Origin: Candidatus Eiseniibacteriota bacterium | Lineage (GTDB): Bacteria > Eisenbacteria > RBG-16-71-46 | Length of the DNA: 64,000 nt | Assembly (NCBI GenBank): GCA_038231135.1 | Contig: JBBRLX010000017.1 | Location: forward strand, 1-64,000 | Direction: 5' to 3' | Shown here: piece by piece, positions 49,457 through 60,771 of the stretch | How the letters are laid out: each line of letters begins with the position of its first letter | Numbering within the stretch: the stretch's first letter is position 1 | Position numbers and translations under genes: made by a program | Notes under the pieces: model-generated | Seen by the model: only the letters and a program-made list of their open reading frames with translations | Database searches by the model: none | What the model was told of the DNA's origin: nothing

Positions 49457-50892
49457 TGCCCGGTCCGTTCGCGCCGCGCGCGGGCGCCGCCCCGGCGCTG
49501 GCAGCGCTCGCGATCATGCTGTTGTCGATCCCGGGCCCGGCACCCTGGCCGGCGGCTGCCGCCGGGTCGGCGCTCGCGAACGCCGACGGCTGGGCGGCAC
49601 AGCCTCCCGGCCGCGAACGCGACCACATCCTGCTGGGATGGATCGCGAACGCCCCGCTCCCCGAGTTGATGTGGGTGCTGCGCCGGAGCCCGCAGGAGCT
49701 GGGCCCCGTCGAGGCGCCGATCGTCGACAGGGCGCTCGACCGCACTCCGGTGGCGCGCGCCGAGCTGCGCCGCGCGCTGCTGGCACGCCACGTCGCCGTG
49801 ACCTCCGCCCGCGCCCGCAAGCGCGAGGGCCGGCTCGCCGATGTGGTCGCGGCCGCGCCCATTCCCGTGCACGCGTCGGCGTTCCGGGTCGGCATGCTGC
49901 TGCCCGTCGCCGGTGACTACGCCGACTACGCGGCGACGCTGCGGGCCGGTGTCGAAGCCGGGCTCGCGCCGCACACCGCCGCCGGATTCCCGGCCGAGGT
50001 GACCGTGTGGAACACCGGCCAGAACGATGCGCCGCGCATCGCGGCTGCGCTCGATTCGGCGGTGGACCGCTGCGGGGTGCTGGTGGGCGAGCTGACCAGC
50101 GCGCCCACCGAGATCCTGGCCAGCGGCGCCCGGGTGTACGGCACGCCGCTGATCTCGCCCGCGGCGGCGAACGAGAACATCGGGCTCATGGGTCCGAACG
50201 TGTTCCAGATCGGCCCGTCGGGCGCCGAGCGCGGCGAGCGTCTCGCGCACGGGACGGCGCTCGCGGACAAGCGCGTGGGGCTGCTCGTGTCGTCGGACTC
50301 GAACCCGGCGTTCGCCCAGGGCTTCGCGGACGCGGCGGTGCTCGACGGTGCGACCGTGGTGTCGCGCGCAACCTATGCCGCGGGCGTCGTGTCGTTCCGG
50401 ACCGAGGTGCGGGATCTGATCGCGAAGAAGGTGGAAGTGCTGTTCTGGGACGGCGACGCCCGCGAAGCGGATGCGCTGCTTCGCCAGCTCGCGCACGACC
50501 GCGCGTCGATGCGCATCTGCGGCGGTCCGGCGCTCGCGCCCGAGGGACATCACGCCGAGACGCAGTTCCTGCTCGAAGGCGTGCAGTACGTCGGCGAGGA
50601 CTGGACGCTGCCCGAGGCCCTGCGCGCCGCGATCGACAGCGCGAGCACCGCCCGCACCGGCGCCGCCGCGACCCCGGTGTTCGTGCGCGGCTGGATCACG
50701 GGCAACGCGCTGCGCGCTGCGCTCGACGCGGGTGCTTTGTGCCCCGCCGAGATCGCCGCCGAGCTGCGCCAGCGCGTGACGAAGGATGCGTACGCCGAGT
50801 CGCACCGGTTCCTGGACCCGGGAGTGCCGGGCTGCGAGCTGCCGGTGTTCCGCGTGACGCGAGGCGTGGCGGTACGGGTGGCGCAGGAGTAG
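49456..50892 (+). CDS. Periplasmic-binding-protein type 1 fold protein (LppC/ABC substrate-binding-like)
   Basis: VGMLLPVAG, PLISPAA, NVFQIGP. Confidence 0.65.
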   Translation: MPGPFAPRAGAAPALAALAIMLLSIPGPAPWPAAAAGSALANADGWAAQPPGRERDHILLGWIANAPLPELMWVLRRSPQELGPVEAPIVDRALDRTPVARAELRRALLARHVAVTSARARKREGRLADVVAAAPIPVHASAFRVGMLLPVAGDYADYAATLRAGVEAGLAPHTAAGFPAEVTVWNTGQNDAPRIAAALDSAVDRCGVLVGELTSAPTEILASGARVYGTPLISPAAANENIGLMGPNVFQIGPSGAERGERLAHGTALADKRVGLLVSSDSNPAFAQGFADAAVLDGATVVSRATYAAGVVSFRTEVRDLIAKKVEVLFWDGDAREADALLRQLAHDRASMRICGGPALAPEGHHAETQFLLEGVQYVGEDWTLPEALRAAIDSASTARTGAAATPVFVRGWITGNALRAALDAGALCPAEIAAELRQRVTKDAYAESHRFLDPGVPGCELPVFRVTRGVAVRVAQE

Positions 50893-50903
50893 CAGGCGCG
50901 GCG

Positions 50904-51734
50904 TTACGCCATGAACCCGCTGAGCTCCCCGAACGGCGCCGCGTCCTCGCCGAACGTGAACGTGCCGTGGTCCCGGATCTCACGCGCGGCGCGCAGGAAG
51001 CCGCCGAGCGCGGCGCGGTGCAGCGCGGAGCCCAGGCTGATCCTCCGCACGCCGGCGGCCGCGAGGTTCGCCACGGTGAACCCGCCGCCCTTGCCGCCGG
51101 CGAGCGCGTTCACGGGCCGCGGCGCCACCGCGGCGCACACGGCGCGGATCGCGTCGAGATCCGGCAGGCCGGGCGCGTAGAGCATGTCGGCGCCGGCGGC
51201 GGCGTATGCCTGCAGCCGGCGGATCGTGCCGGCGAGATCCGGGCGCCCGTGCAGGAAGTTCTCGGCCCGCGCCACCAGCACGAACGGCGCCGGCAGCGCG
51301 CGGGCCGCGGCGACCGCGGCGGCGACGCGCTCGACCGCCAGCCGCTCGTCGTAAATCGGATCCGCGTCGTCGCCGGTCGCATCCTCGACCGAGCCGCCGC
51401 AGAGTCCGACCGCGCCCGCCATCCGGATCGTCTCGGCGACCGTCTCGGGATCGTCGCCGAAGCAGTTCTCGAGGTCCGCCGCCACGGGCAGGTCGGTGGC
51501 CTGGACGATCGAGCGCGCGTGTTCGAGGGTCTCATCGCGCGACACCCGGCCCTCGCCGTCCCGGCGACCGAGCGAGAACGCATACCCGGCGCTGGTGGTC
51601 GCGAGCGCCGGAAACCCCAGCGCCGTCAGGATGCGCGCGGTGCCGATGTCCCAGGGATTCGGAATGACGAAGGTTTTCGGTTCATCGTGCAGCGCCTGGA
51701 ACGCCCTGGCCTTGTCGCTCTGGCTCACGGCCAT
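50904..51734 (-). CDS. Isocitrate lyase/PEP mutase family protein
   Basis: PNPWD, ALATTSAG, ADLEN, SVED, ARAEN; GGGAGG RBS. Confidence 0.88.
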   Translation of the reverse strand: MAVSQSDKARAFQALHDEPKTFVIPNPWDIGTARILTALGFPALATTSAGYAFSLGRRDGEGRVSRDETLEHARSIVQATDLPVAADLENCFGDDPETVAETIRMAGAVGLCGGSVEDATGDDADPIYDERLAVERVAAAVAAARALPAPFVLVARAENFLHGRPDLAGTIRRLQAYAAAGADMLYAPGLPDLDAIRAVCAAVAPRPVNALAGGKGGGFTVANLAAAGVRRISLGSALHRAALGGFLRAAREIRDHGTFTFGEDAAPFGELSGFMA

Positions 51735-51768
51735 CGCACACCTCCCTGGAGTCGTGGATCGAGCCCGC

Positions 51769-52309
51769 TCAGGTGTTCGCAAACACCGGCACGCGGGTGT
51801 TCAGCGACGGACGATACGTGAACGCCGTGAGATCGCGCCCGGGGTCGAGGCCCGATCCGAGCAGGTGAGCTACGCCCGCGGCGGCGATCGTCGTCGCCAG
51901 CCGCTCCCCAGGACACGCGTGCGTTCCCGCGCCGAACGTGAAGGATCGGACATTCCTCCGGAACAGCACCAGCCGGTCGGGCAGCGGAGTGGCGGCGGGA
52001 TCGCGATTCGCGGCCGCGATCACGACGAGGATGGCGTCGCCGGCGGTCATCTCGTGTCCGGCGATCGTGACGGGTTGCGCGACGAATCGCCGCGTAGGGC
52101 TTCAATGCCGCATGCCGCGGACCGTCGTTCATGCGGACCAGGCGCGCGAACACTTCGCCGGCCGGCGTCCCGAGCAGTACCTGGGGCACGGGTTCTGCGG
52201 GCGGCCGCACCCGGCACGCCTTGCTGAGCAGAACGGCCGACACCGCGTCCGCGCTGGATGCCACCCACATGCCGAGCGACTCGTCGCGCACCAACGGCCG
52301 CTCCGCCAC
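51769..52309 (-). pseudogene. Cytochrome P450 remnant with a large internal deletion and frameshift
   Basis: N-terminal part (VAERPL...RMNDG..H..LK) joined near 52096, in another frame, to TRRFV...AANRDP...FGAGTHACPG; I- and K-helix regions absent. Confidence 0.75.
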
Positions 52310-52347
52310 GGCATCACCCCGCTGCGCCAGGACCGGCGTCGAACGCC

Positions 52348-53043
52348 TCAATAGATCTTGAACGCGAATCGGAACATCGCGTACACGCTCTGGGGCTTGC
52401 CGTCCACGAGGTAGGGCTTGAACCGGCACTTCCACACGGCCTCCTGGGCGGCCTGCTCGAGCGACGCCATCGCTCCGGCGCCCATCACCTCGACGTTCGA
52501 GATCGCGCCCGTGGTGTCGACCAGCGCCAGCACCGCGACCTGGCCCTCCAGGTTCCGGGCCCGCGCCTCCTCGGGATACTGCGGGCGCACCAGCCGGTCG
52601 ATGATGAGATCCTCCGACCGCACCAGCGGCACGTTGAGCAGGTGCGCCCGGGCGCGCGCCTCGCGGTCGACCTCCGAGTTGCCTTCGTCCTCGCGCGGCG
52701 GCTCGAACCGGGGCGGAGCGTTGGGATGCTGCTCCTTTGCGAGCGTGGTGCTGCCGCCGCGCCGCGAAGCGGGGACGTATTCGGCGATCGCTCCGGAATG
52801 GGTCGCGGCCGGACCGGCGTCGCTCTTGAGCTCGATGCGCCGCACGTACTGCTCGGGGCCCTCGTAGCCCCAGTGGAGCATCGGGAACTTCGCGGTCAGC
52901 CGCTCGTCGAGGTCGGTGTGCTGCAGCGCCAGCAGCGCGATCTGGAGCGCGATCGAACCCACGCACACAGCCACGATGGTGCCGCCGAGTCGCCGCTGAA
53001 AGCGCATGCGCTCGAGGAAATACGCATCGATACCGTGTTCCAC
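52348..53043 (-). CDS. TonB family energy transducer
   Basis: N-terminal TM; PQYPEEAR..EGQV.V...VDTTG, WKCRFKP. Confidence 0.8.
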   Translation of the reverse strand: MEHGIDAYFLERMRFQRRLGGTIVAVCVGSIALQIALLALQHTDLDERLTAKFPMLHWGYEGPEQYVRRIELKSDAGPAATHSGAIAEYVPASRRGGSTTLAKEQHPNAPPRFEPPREDEGNSEVDREARARAHLLNVPLVRSEDLIIDRLVRPQYPEEARARNLEGQVAVLALVDTTGAISNVEVMGAGAMASLEQAAQEAVWKCRFKPYLVDGKPQSVYAMFRFAFKIY

Positions 53044-53115
53044 GGAGGGGCCTCCGAGGGCGTCGGCGCGAGCCGGCAGGCGGCACGATGCTGGCAGGCG
53101 CGGTGAACCCCGGCG

Positions 53116-55743
53116 TCAGGGCTCGGCAGGCCCGGTCAATACGGTGCCGCGATCCGAGTCTAGCAGAACCCGGTGCACGCGCAGCCGACCATGTCGTACG
53201 ACGGCTTCGAGCGCACCCGGGTCCGTGCGCGCGAACCGGGCGATGCCGTGCGCGTCGGATTCCGTGACGAGCGCACCGCCCAGCCGCACCGCCGCGCCGG
53301 GTACGGGGAGCCCGCCTAAATCCCGCACGAATACGGAGTCGGGGCTGAAGCCGGCGGCCGCCGGAGACCACTCCATCGCGAGCCCCAGATAGAGCGCCCA
53401 CGCCTCGCGGCGTAACGCGCCGGGCGCAAGCAGCGCGGCCTCGCCCGTGCCCGTGTCCAGGCGTCCCAGCGAGGCGTAGAGCCCGGGACACGAGGTCTGT
53501 TGCAGCGGGTACTGGGCATCCTCGGCGCGCGGCGGCGGCGGCGTGCCCATCAGCTCGCAGCCGCGGGCGAGGTGCGCCGCGCCCGCCGCGCCGGCGGCGC
53601 TGCCGACGTAATAGCCGATGCGCGCCGGCTCGGCACGGTGCCCGATGCGCAGGAACCGGTCGGCGTGGAATGCCTCCGAGATCTGCACCCGCTCGAGCTC
53701 GGACAGCGCGACGTCGCCGTCACGCGTGAGCCGCACCTGGGCGCCCGCGGCGCTCAGCAGTCCGCCCAGCGCGCGCGCCACCTCGAGGTTGAGGTTTGCC
53801 GCGCGCGTGCCGCCGGGTCCGGCGCCGCCGGTCTGATCGCCGCCGCCGTCGGGATCGATCACGATGCGCCGGCCGTGGAGCGCGCCGCCCGCGATCGCCA
53901 CGAACTTAGGCGCCGCGTCGCGCGCGGAGCCCGGCGGCGGCGCGACCGCGCGATAACCCGGCAGCTGCGGCGCGTCGGGCGCGCCGTCGGGCGTGGCGCG
54001 GTCCAGCGCCGCGAAGCCGTCGCGATTGATCCAGGCCAGCGTGGGCGCGGGCTCCCGCGTGCCGGGCGCGTTCGCGAGCGCCGAGTCGCCGGGCATGCGG
54101 CGCACGAACCCGGTCCACTCGGAGGCGCCGGACGGTATGCGCGCGCTCGCGGTGATCGCGTTCGAAGTCGCCGCACCCGCCGCCGTGTCGAGCCGCGCGG
54201 TCACGTCGATCGAAGTCCGCGCGGGAATCGAGGCATACACCCACGCCACGCCGTCGCGCGCCCAGGCCAGCGTGTCGAGCAGGGCGACGTTTCGGCCGGC
54301 GCGCGCACGGCCACCGTGCGTGCGTGTCGCGCGCGATGCGACACGCGACCCGGCGGTGGAGCGGCCGGTGTGCGAGGTCCTGGCACCCACGTCGTGGGCT
54401 GCCGCGGCGCTCGCGCCCCGCGGCCCCGAACGCGTGCGCGCGGACGCCGCCGCCCGCCCGTGCGCGCTCCCGGACGCCCTGGTCTCCACCGCCGTCACGA
54501 TCACGCGCACGCCCAGCGATTCGGGCACCGCGGCACCGACCGTGTCCTCGATTGCGATGCGGAGCGCGAGCAGCCCGCCTGCGAGCGGCGCCTGCGGCGG
54601 CAGGCTCGACAGCACGAGTGCCGCCGGCGGCCGTCGCACGTCGAATGTCACGGCGGCCTCCCGCGCGGCGCCCACGCCGGTGAGCCGCACGCGCAGCGCC
54701 GCGCGGTGGGCGCCCTGCGCCAGCGGCGTCGCCGGTGTCCACGCCAGCCGGTCGCGCGTACGGAGCACCGGCACGACGACGTCGTCCACCCGAAGTTCGG
54801 CGGTGTCGAACTCGCCCGCGATCCGCGCGTCCACCTCGGGCGCGGACGCGTTCGCGCCCGACGAATCCGAAGTCGCCGTCAGCTCGGCGATCACCGGCAC
54901 CGGCCGCGCGAAGTAGCGCGCGAGGCCCATGTACAGCGCCGCCGCCTCGATCGCGCGCTTCTCGGGCAGCCGCAGCTTCGCCTCGACGTCGGGGTTCGTG
55001 AGGTAGCTCGATTCGGTGAGGATCGCGGGCGCTACGCTGTTGCGCAGCACGTAGTAGTTGCCGGGCGCCACCTTGTTCACCGCGATGCCGAGGTTGCGCA
55101 CCAGCGAGCGATGGACGTCCTGCGCCACGTCGAGCGACGGGCCGTCGTCGCCGAGTTTGTAGTACGTCTGGGTCTCGTTCACGTCGTGGCGGCCGCTGGC
55201 GTCGGCGTTGTGGTGCACCGACACGAACAGGTCGGGGTGGAACTCCGCGGCAATGCGCACGCGTTCGGCGAGGTCGGCGCGCAGCGCGCTGTCGGCCGGC
55301 GTCAGGTAGTCGCGGTCGGTATCGTGGGTGAGCAGCACCTCGGCGCCCGCGGCCGTGAGCCGTTGGGCCAGCCGCTGCGACACGTCGAGGTTCACCTCAG
55401 CCTCGGTGAGGCCGTGCGTGCCGAGTGCGCCGCGGAACACCCCGCCGTGGCCGGGATCGATCGCGATGCGCCGCCCGCGCAGTCCCGAGGCGTCGACCGA
55501 ATCGGGCGAATCGACGAGCCGGTCGTAGCCGGCGGCGGGGCGGGAGGGTGCGAGCGGCTGCGGTGGCCGGCGTCCGGCGCAGGACGCGGCGAACATCGCG
55601 AGCGCGAGTGCGGCGGCGGCCATGAGAACGTGCCGTATGCGGGCCACGCCGCGGCTCCGCAGGGCGCTGCGATTCCCCGCCGCCGGCGGGCGACACTCCA
55701 GGCGCGTGGACTGTGCGGGTACCGGGAGCCCACGAACGTGCAT
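53116..55743 (-). CDS. N-acetylmuramoyl-L-alanine amidase lipoprotein with two Amidase_3-like domains
   Basis: Lipobox-like AASC; IDPGHGG, EAEVN, SVHHNA, LTES in domain 1; IDPDGGG in domain 2; start uncertain (55743 or 55623). Confidence 0.8.
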   Translation of the reverse strand: MHVRGLPVPAQSTRLECRPPAAGNRSALRSRGVARIRHVLMAAAALALAMFAASCAGRRPPQPLAPSRPAAGYDRLVDSPDSVDASGLRGRRIAIDPGHGGVFRGALGTHGLTEAEVNLDVSQRLAQRLTAAGAEVLLTHDTDRDYLTPADSALRADLAERVRIAAEFHPDLFVSVHHNADASGRHDVNETQTYYKLGDDGPSLDVAQDVHRSLVRNLGIAVNKVAPGNYYVLRNSVAPAILTESSYLTNPDVEAKLRLPEKRAIEAAALYMGLARYFARPVPVIAELTATSDSSGANASAPEVDARIAGEFDTAELRVDDVVVPVLRTRDRLAWTPATPLAQGAHRAALRVRLTGVGAAREAAVTFDVRRPPAALVLSSLPPQAPLAGGLLALRIAIEDTVGAAVPESLGVRVIVTAVETRASGSAHGRAAASARTRSGPRGASAAAAHDVGARTSHTGRSTAGSRVASRATRTHGGRARAGRNVALLDTLAWARDGVAWVYASIPARTSIDVTARLDTAAGAATSNAITASARIPSGASEWTGFVRRMPGDSALANAPGTREPAPTLAWINRDGFAALDRATPDGAPDAPQLPGYRAVAPPPGSARDAAPKFVAIAGGALHGRRIVIDPDGGGDQTGGAGPGGTRAANLNLEVARALGGLLSAAGAQVRLTRDGDVALSELERVQISEAFHADRFLRIGHRAEPARIGYYVGSAAGAAGAAHLARGCELMGTPPPPRAEDAQYPLQQTSCPGLYASLGRLDTGTGEAALLAPGALRREAWALYLGLAMEWSPAAAGFSPDSVFVRDLGGLPVPGAAVRLGGALVTESDAHGIARFARTDPGALEAVVRHGRLRVHRVLLDSDRGTVLTGPAEP

Positions 55744-55955
55744 GGTGCGGCACACTAGCATCGGCGTCCGAGGCGCGGCAACGCATGTCGCTGGAATCAA
55801 TTGGCTTGCGTCCGCGCGCGCGAGCGTGCTACGTCTACGCGGCTCGGACCCCCTTTACTCATGCTCCGGCAACGGCCGCCCGGCGCTGCGGGTCATCGAT
55901 CCGGCAGGCGAGGCGGGTGGCAGCCGTTCATGCAGCGTTCATTCAGGAGGCGGAC

Positions 55956-57188
55956 ATGAAGTCACGCGCTCTCAGACATACCGGAATCGTCGCGGTGGCG
56001 GCCGCGGGATTGCTCGCCACGGCGCTCGGCCTCGTCGCCTCCGGTTGCGCCAAATCCGGCGGCCCGAGTGAGATCGTCATCGGCGTCTACGGCTCGCTCA
56101 CCGGCAACGATGCCGACTTCGGCCAGTCCACCCGCAAGGGCGTCGAGCTCGCGATGGACGAGCTCACGCGCAACAGCCAGGGCGCGATCGGCGGGCTCAA
56201 GGTCCGTTCGGTCGTCGAGGACGACCAGGGCAAGCCCGAGGAGGCGGTCACGGTGGTGCAGAAGCTCGTGACCCAGGACAACGTGTGCGCGGTGATCGGC
56301 GAGGTGGCATCGAGCCGCAGCATCGCGGCCGCGCCCAAATGCCAGGACGCGGGCGTGCCGATGATTTCGCCGTCGTCCACGAACCCCAAGGTCACGCAGG
56401 TCGGCGATTACATCTTCCGCATGTGCTTCATCGACCCGTTCCAGGGCACGGTGATGGCCAAGTTCGCGGCGCAGAACCTCAAGCTCACCCACGTCGCGAT
56501 CCTGAAGGACGTGAAGAACGAATACTCGGTCGGGCTGGCGCAGTTCTTCAGCCAGGCGTTCATCAAGCTCGGCGGCAAGATCGACGTCGAGTCGGCGTAC
56601 AGCGCCGGCGACCAGGACTTCCGCTCGCAGCTCACCTCGATCAAGGCGCGGAATCCACAGGCGATCTTCCTCCCCGGCTACTACACCGAGGTCGGGCTGA
56701 TCGCGCGCCAGTCGCGCGAGTTGGGACTGACGGTGCCGATCCTGGGCGGTGACGGCTGGGAGAGCGACCAGTTGATCGGTATCGGCGGCGACGCGCTCAA
56801 CGGCAGCTACTACTCGAACCATTTCGCGGCCGACAATCCCGACCCGAATCTCCAGGGGTTCCTGCAGCGCTACAAGGCCAAGTTCGGCATGGAACCCAAC
56901 TCGATCGGCGGCCTCGCCTACGACGCAGCGAACGTGCTGTTCGGCTGCATGAAGCAGCTCCACGACACGGACGCGGCGACGTTCGCGGCGCTGGGCTCGG
57001 CCAAGGCCGGCACGCCCGAGCGGCGCGCGGCCGACAAGAAGCTGCGCGACCTCATCGCCGCCACGAAGAACTACCCCGGCGTCACCGGCACGATCACGCT
57101 CGACAAGGATCGCAACGCCTCGAAGCCGGCCGTGGTGCTCGAGATCAAGAACGGAAAGAAGGTCTACAACACGACGATCGCGCCGTGA
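55956..57188 (+). CDS. Branched-chain amino acid ABC transporter substrate-binding lipoprotein
   Basis: AGGAGG RBS; ASGC lipobox; EDDQGKPEEA, SPSST, FRMCFID. Confidence 0.9.
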   Translation: MKSRALRHTGIVAVAAAGLLATALGLVASGCAKSGGPSEIVIGVYGSLTGNDADFGQSTRKGVELAMDELTRNSQGAIGGLKVRSVVEDDQGKPEEAVTVVQKLVTQDNVCAVIGEVASSRSIAAAPKCQDAGVPMISPSSTNPKVTQVGDYIFRMCFIDPFQGTVMAKFAAQNLKLTHVAILKDVKNEYSVGLAQFFSQAFIKLGGKIDVESAYSAGDQDFRSQLTSIKARNPQAIFLPGYYTEVGLIARQSRELGLTVPILGGDGWESDQLIGIGGDALNGSYYSNHFAADNPDPNLQGFLQRYKAKFGMEPNSIGGLAYDAANVLFGCMKQLHDTDAATFAALGSAKAGTPERRAADKKLRDLIAATKNYPGVTGTITLDKDRNASKPAVVLEIKNGKKVYNTTIAP

Positions 57189-57213
57189 CGCGGTCGTCGC
57201 TGCCGGGAGCCGC

Positions 57214-58116
57214 ATGAGCGAATTCCTCCAGCAGCTCATCAACGGCATCACCCAGGGCAGCGTGTACGCGCTGATCGCGCTCGGCTACACCATGGTGTAC
57301 GGCATCCTGCGGCTGATCAATTTCGCGCACGGTGACGTGTACATGCTGGGCGCGTTCTTCGCCTACTACTCGGCGCGGATGTTCGGGGCCGCGCAGAACC
57401 CGAACCCGGCGAAGGCGCTGATCGTGCTGCTGTCCGCGATGGCGGGCTGCGGCATCGTGGGCTGGGTGATCGAGCGCGCCGCGTACCGCCCGGTGCGCCG
57501 CTCGTCGCGGCTCGCGGCGCTCATTACCGCGATCGGCGTGTCGCTGCTGCTCGAGAACGGCGGCCAGATCCTGTTCGGCGCCGATCCCAAGTTCTTCCCG
57601 CAGATCATCCCGTTGCGCAACATCCCGCTCGGCCACGGCGTCACGGTGTCGAACCAGCAGCTCATCATCCTCACCGTGTCGCTCGGGTTGATGGCGATCC
57701 TCAGGTTCATCGTGATGAACACCCGCACGGGCAGAGCGATGCGCGCGGTGTCGTACTCCCACACCGCCGCCGCGCTCATGGGCATCGACGTGGACCGCAT
57801 CATCAGCTTCACGTTCGTGCTGGGCTCGATGCTGGCGGCAGCGGCCGGCGTGCTGGTGGCGCTGCAGGACCCCAAGATCGAGCCGTACATGGGCGTGCTG
57901 CCCGGCATCAAGGCGTTCGTCGCCGCGGTGCTCGGCGGCATCGGCAACATCCCGGGCGCCGTGCTCGGCGGGCTGGTGATGGGCATCGCCGAGGTGCTGG
58001 TGGTGGGCTACGTGTCGCCCTCGCTGCGCGACGCGATCGCGTTCGTGCTGCTGATCGTGATCCTGCTCGTGCGCCCGGCCGGCCTGCTCGGCCGCAACGT
58101 CACCGAGAAGGTGTGA
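57214..58116 (+). CDS. livH: Branched-chain amino acid ABC transporter permease
   Basis: YALIALGYTMVYG, INFAHG, GRAMRA, AAVLGGIG. Confidence 0.92.
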   Translation: MSEFLQQLINGITQGSVYALIALGYTMVYGILRLINFAHGDVYMLGAFFAYYSARMFGAAQNPNPAKALIVLLSAMAGCGIVGWVIERAAYRPVRRSSRLAALITAIGVSLLLENGGQILFGADPKFFPQIIPLRNIPLGHGVTVSNQQLIILTVSLGLMAILRFIVMNTRTGRAMRAVSYSHTAAALMGIDVDRIISFTFVLGSMLAAAAGVLVALQDPKIEPYMGVLPGIKAFVAAVLGGIGNIPGAVLGGLVMGIAEVLVVGYVSPSLRDAIAFVLLIVILLVRPAGLLGRNVTEKV

Positions 58117-59102
58117 TGCGGCGCACCGTGTGGGCGCTCGCGCTGCTGGCGGTGATCGGCGTCGTGTCCACGGTGCTGCCGCGGCTCGTCAATCCCTACA
58201 TCATGCAGGTCGCGGTGCTGTGCGGCATCAACGTGATCCTCGCCGTGTCGCTCAACCTGATCAACGGCTTCACCGGGCAGTTCTCGATCGGCCACGCCGG
58301 TTTCATGGCCGTGGGGGCCTACGGCGCCGCGATGTTCACGCTGCAACTCGGGCAGCGCTGGGCCGGCGCGATGATGGCGGCGGGATTGCCCCCGGTAGTG
58401 GCACAGGGCGCGGCACTGTGCGTGGCGCTTGCGGTCGGCGGGCTGCTGGCGGCGCTCGCCGGCTACCTGGTGGGGCTGCCCAGCCTGCGGCTGCGCGGCG
58501 ACTACCTCGCGATCGTGACGCTCGGGTTCGGCGAGATCATTCGCGTGCTGATCCTCAATATCGACGCGATCGGCGGCGCGCGCGGGCTGTTCGGCATTCC
58601 GGTGTGGGTGAACCTGTTCTGGGTCGCCGTGGGCGCGGTGGGCGTGGTGCTGCTGTCGCTGCACCTCGCGACCAGCACCCACGGCCGCGCGCTGTTCGCG
58701 ATCCGCGACGACGAGGTCGCCGCCGAGGCGCTGGGCGTCGACACCACGCGCTACAAGGTGCTGGCGTTCGTGCTGGGGTCGTTCTTCGCCGGCATCGCGG
58801 GCGGGCTGTTCGCCCACTTCATCGGCTACCTCAACCCGTCGAGCTTCCAGTTCCTCAAGAGCATCGAGGTGATTGCGATGGTGGTGCTGGGTGGCATGGG
58901 CAGCGTGTCGGGCGCGGTGTTCGCCGCGATCCTGCTCACCGTGCTGCCCGAGGTGCTGCGGCCCGTGAAGGACTACCGCATGGTGCTCTACTCACTGATG
59001 CTGATCATTTTGATGATCACGCGCCCCCAGGGCCTGATGGGCAGTCGCGAGATCTCGTGGGGCTGGCTGCGCGGCCGGCGCCGCGCGCCGGGGGCGGCAT
59101 GA
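58113..59102 (+). CDS. livM: Branched-chain amino acid ABC transporter permease
   Basis: GQFSIGHAGF, LRGDYLAIVTLGFGEI, VLGGMGS. Confidence 0.92.
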   Translation: MMRRTVWALALLAVIGVVSTVLPRLVNPYIMQVAVLCGINVILAVSLNLINGFTGQFSIGHAGFMAVGAYGAAMFTLQLGQRWAGAMMAAGLPPVVAQGAALCVALAVGGLLAALAGYLVGLPSLRLRGDYLAIVTLGFGEIIRVLILNIDAIGGARGLFGIPVWVNLFWVAVGAVGVVLLSLHLATSTHGRALFAIRDDEVAAEALGVDTTRYKVLAFVLGSFFAGIAGGLFAHFIGYLNPSSFQFLKSIEVIAMVVLGGMGSVSGAVFAAILLTVLPEVLRPVKDYRMVLYSLMLIILMITRPQGLMGSREISWGWLRGRRRAPGAA

Positions 59103-59943
59103 GCGCAACCGTTGAAACGAGCGCTGGCGACCACGACTCGACTGCCGGGCGCGCATCCGCGGGGGCGCCGATCCTCAAGCTCGACCGCGTGACCATCCAG
59201 TTCGGCGGCTTGAAGGCGGTGTCGAGCCTCGACCTCGAAGTGCCGGCGGGCGGCCTGTTCGGCCTGATCGGCCCCAACGGCGCCGGCAAGACCACGGTGT
59301 TCAATCTGATCACCGGCGTCTACGCGCCGACCTCGGGCTCGATCACATTCGAAGGCCGGCCGATCCACGGGCTGCGCCCGAGCGTGATCGCGAACCGCGG
59401 GATCACCCGCACGTTCCAGAACATCCGGCTGTTCACTTCGCGCTGCTGCCGCGACAACGTGTGCATCGGCGAGCACATGCACGCGCGGGCCAGCCTGTGG
59501 GACGCGGTGTTTCAAACCCGCCGGTACGAGGAGGACGAGCGTGCCATGCAGCAGCGCGCGCAGGAGCTGCTCGAACTGCTGGGACTCGGCGCCTGGGGCG
59601 ACACGCTGGCCGCCGAGTTGCCGTACGGCCAGCAGCGGCGGCTCGAGATCGCGCGCGCGCTCGCCGGCAACCCGCGGCTGTTGCTGCTCGACGAGCCCGC
59701 CGCCGGGCTCAATCCGCAGGAGAGCGACGAGCTGATGCGGCTGATCGAGAGTCTCTGCCGGCGGCTCGGCATCGCCATTTTGTTGATCGAACACGACATG
59801 CGTGTCGTGATGGGCATCTGCCGGCGCATCGCGGTGCTCGATTACGGCGAGAAGATCGCCGAGGGCGACCCCGCGGAGATTCGCCGCGATCCCAAGGTGA
59901 TCGAGGCCTACCTGGGCGAGGAAGTGCCGGCCGCGGAGGTCCC

Positions 59944-59947
<4 letters not shown>
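59099..59947 (+). CDS. livG: Branched-chain amino acid ABC transporter ATPase
   Basis: GPNGAGKT, RTFQN, LPYGQQR, LLDEPAAG, IEHD, EAYLG. Confidence 0.92.
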
Positions 59948-60720
<773 letters not shown>

Positions 60721-60771
60721 GGCCTTGGCGGAAGCGTAACGCGCGGTTATCGAAAAGTGTCCCCGGTTCGT

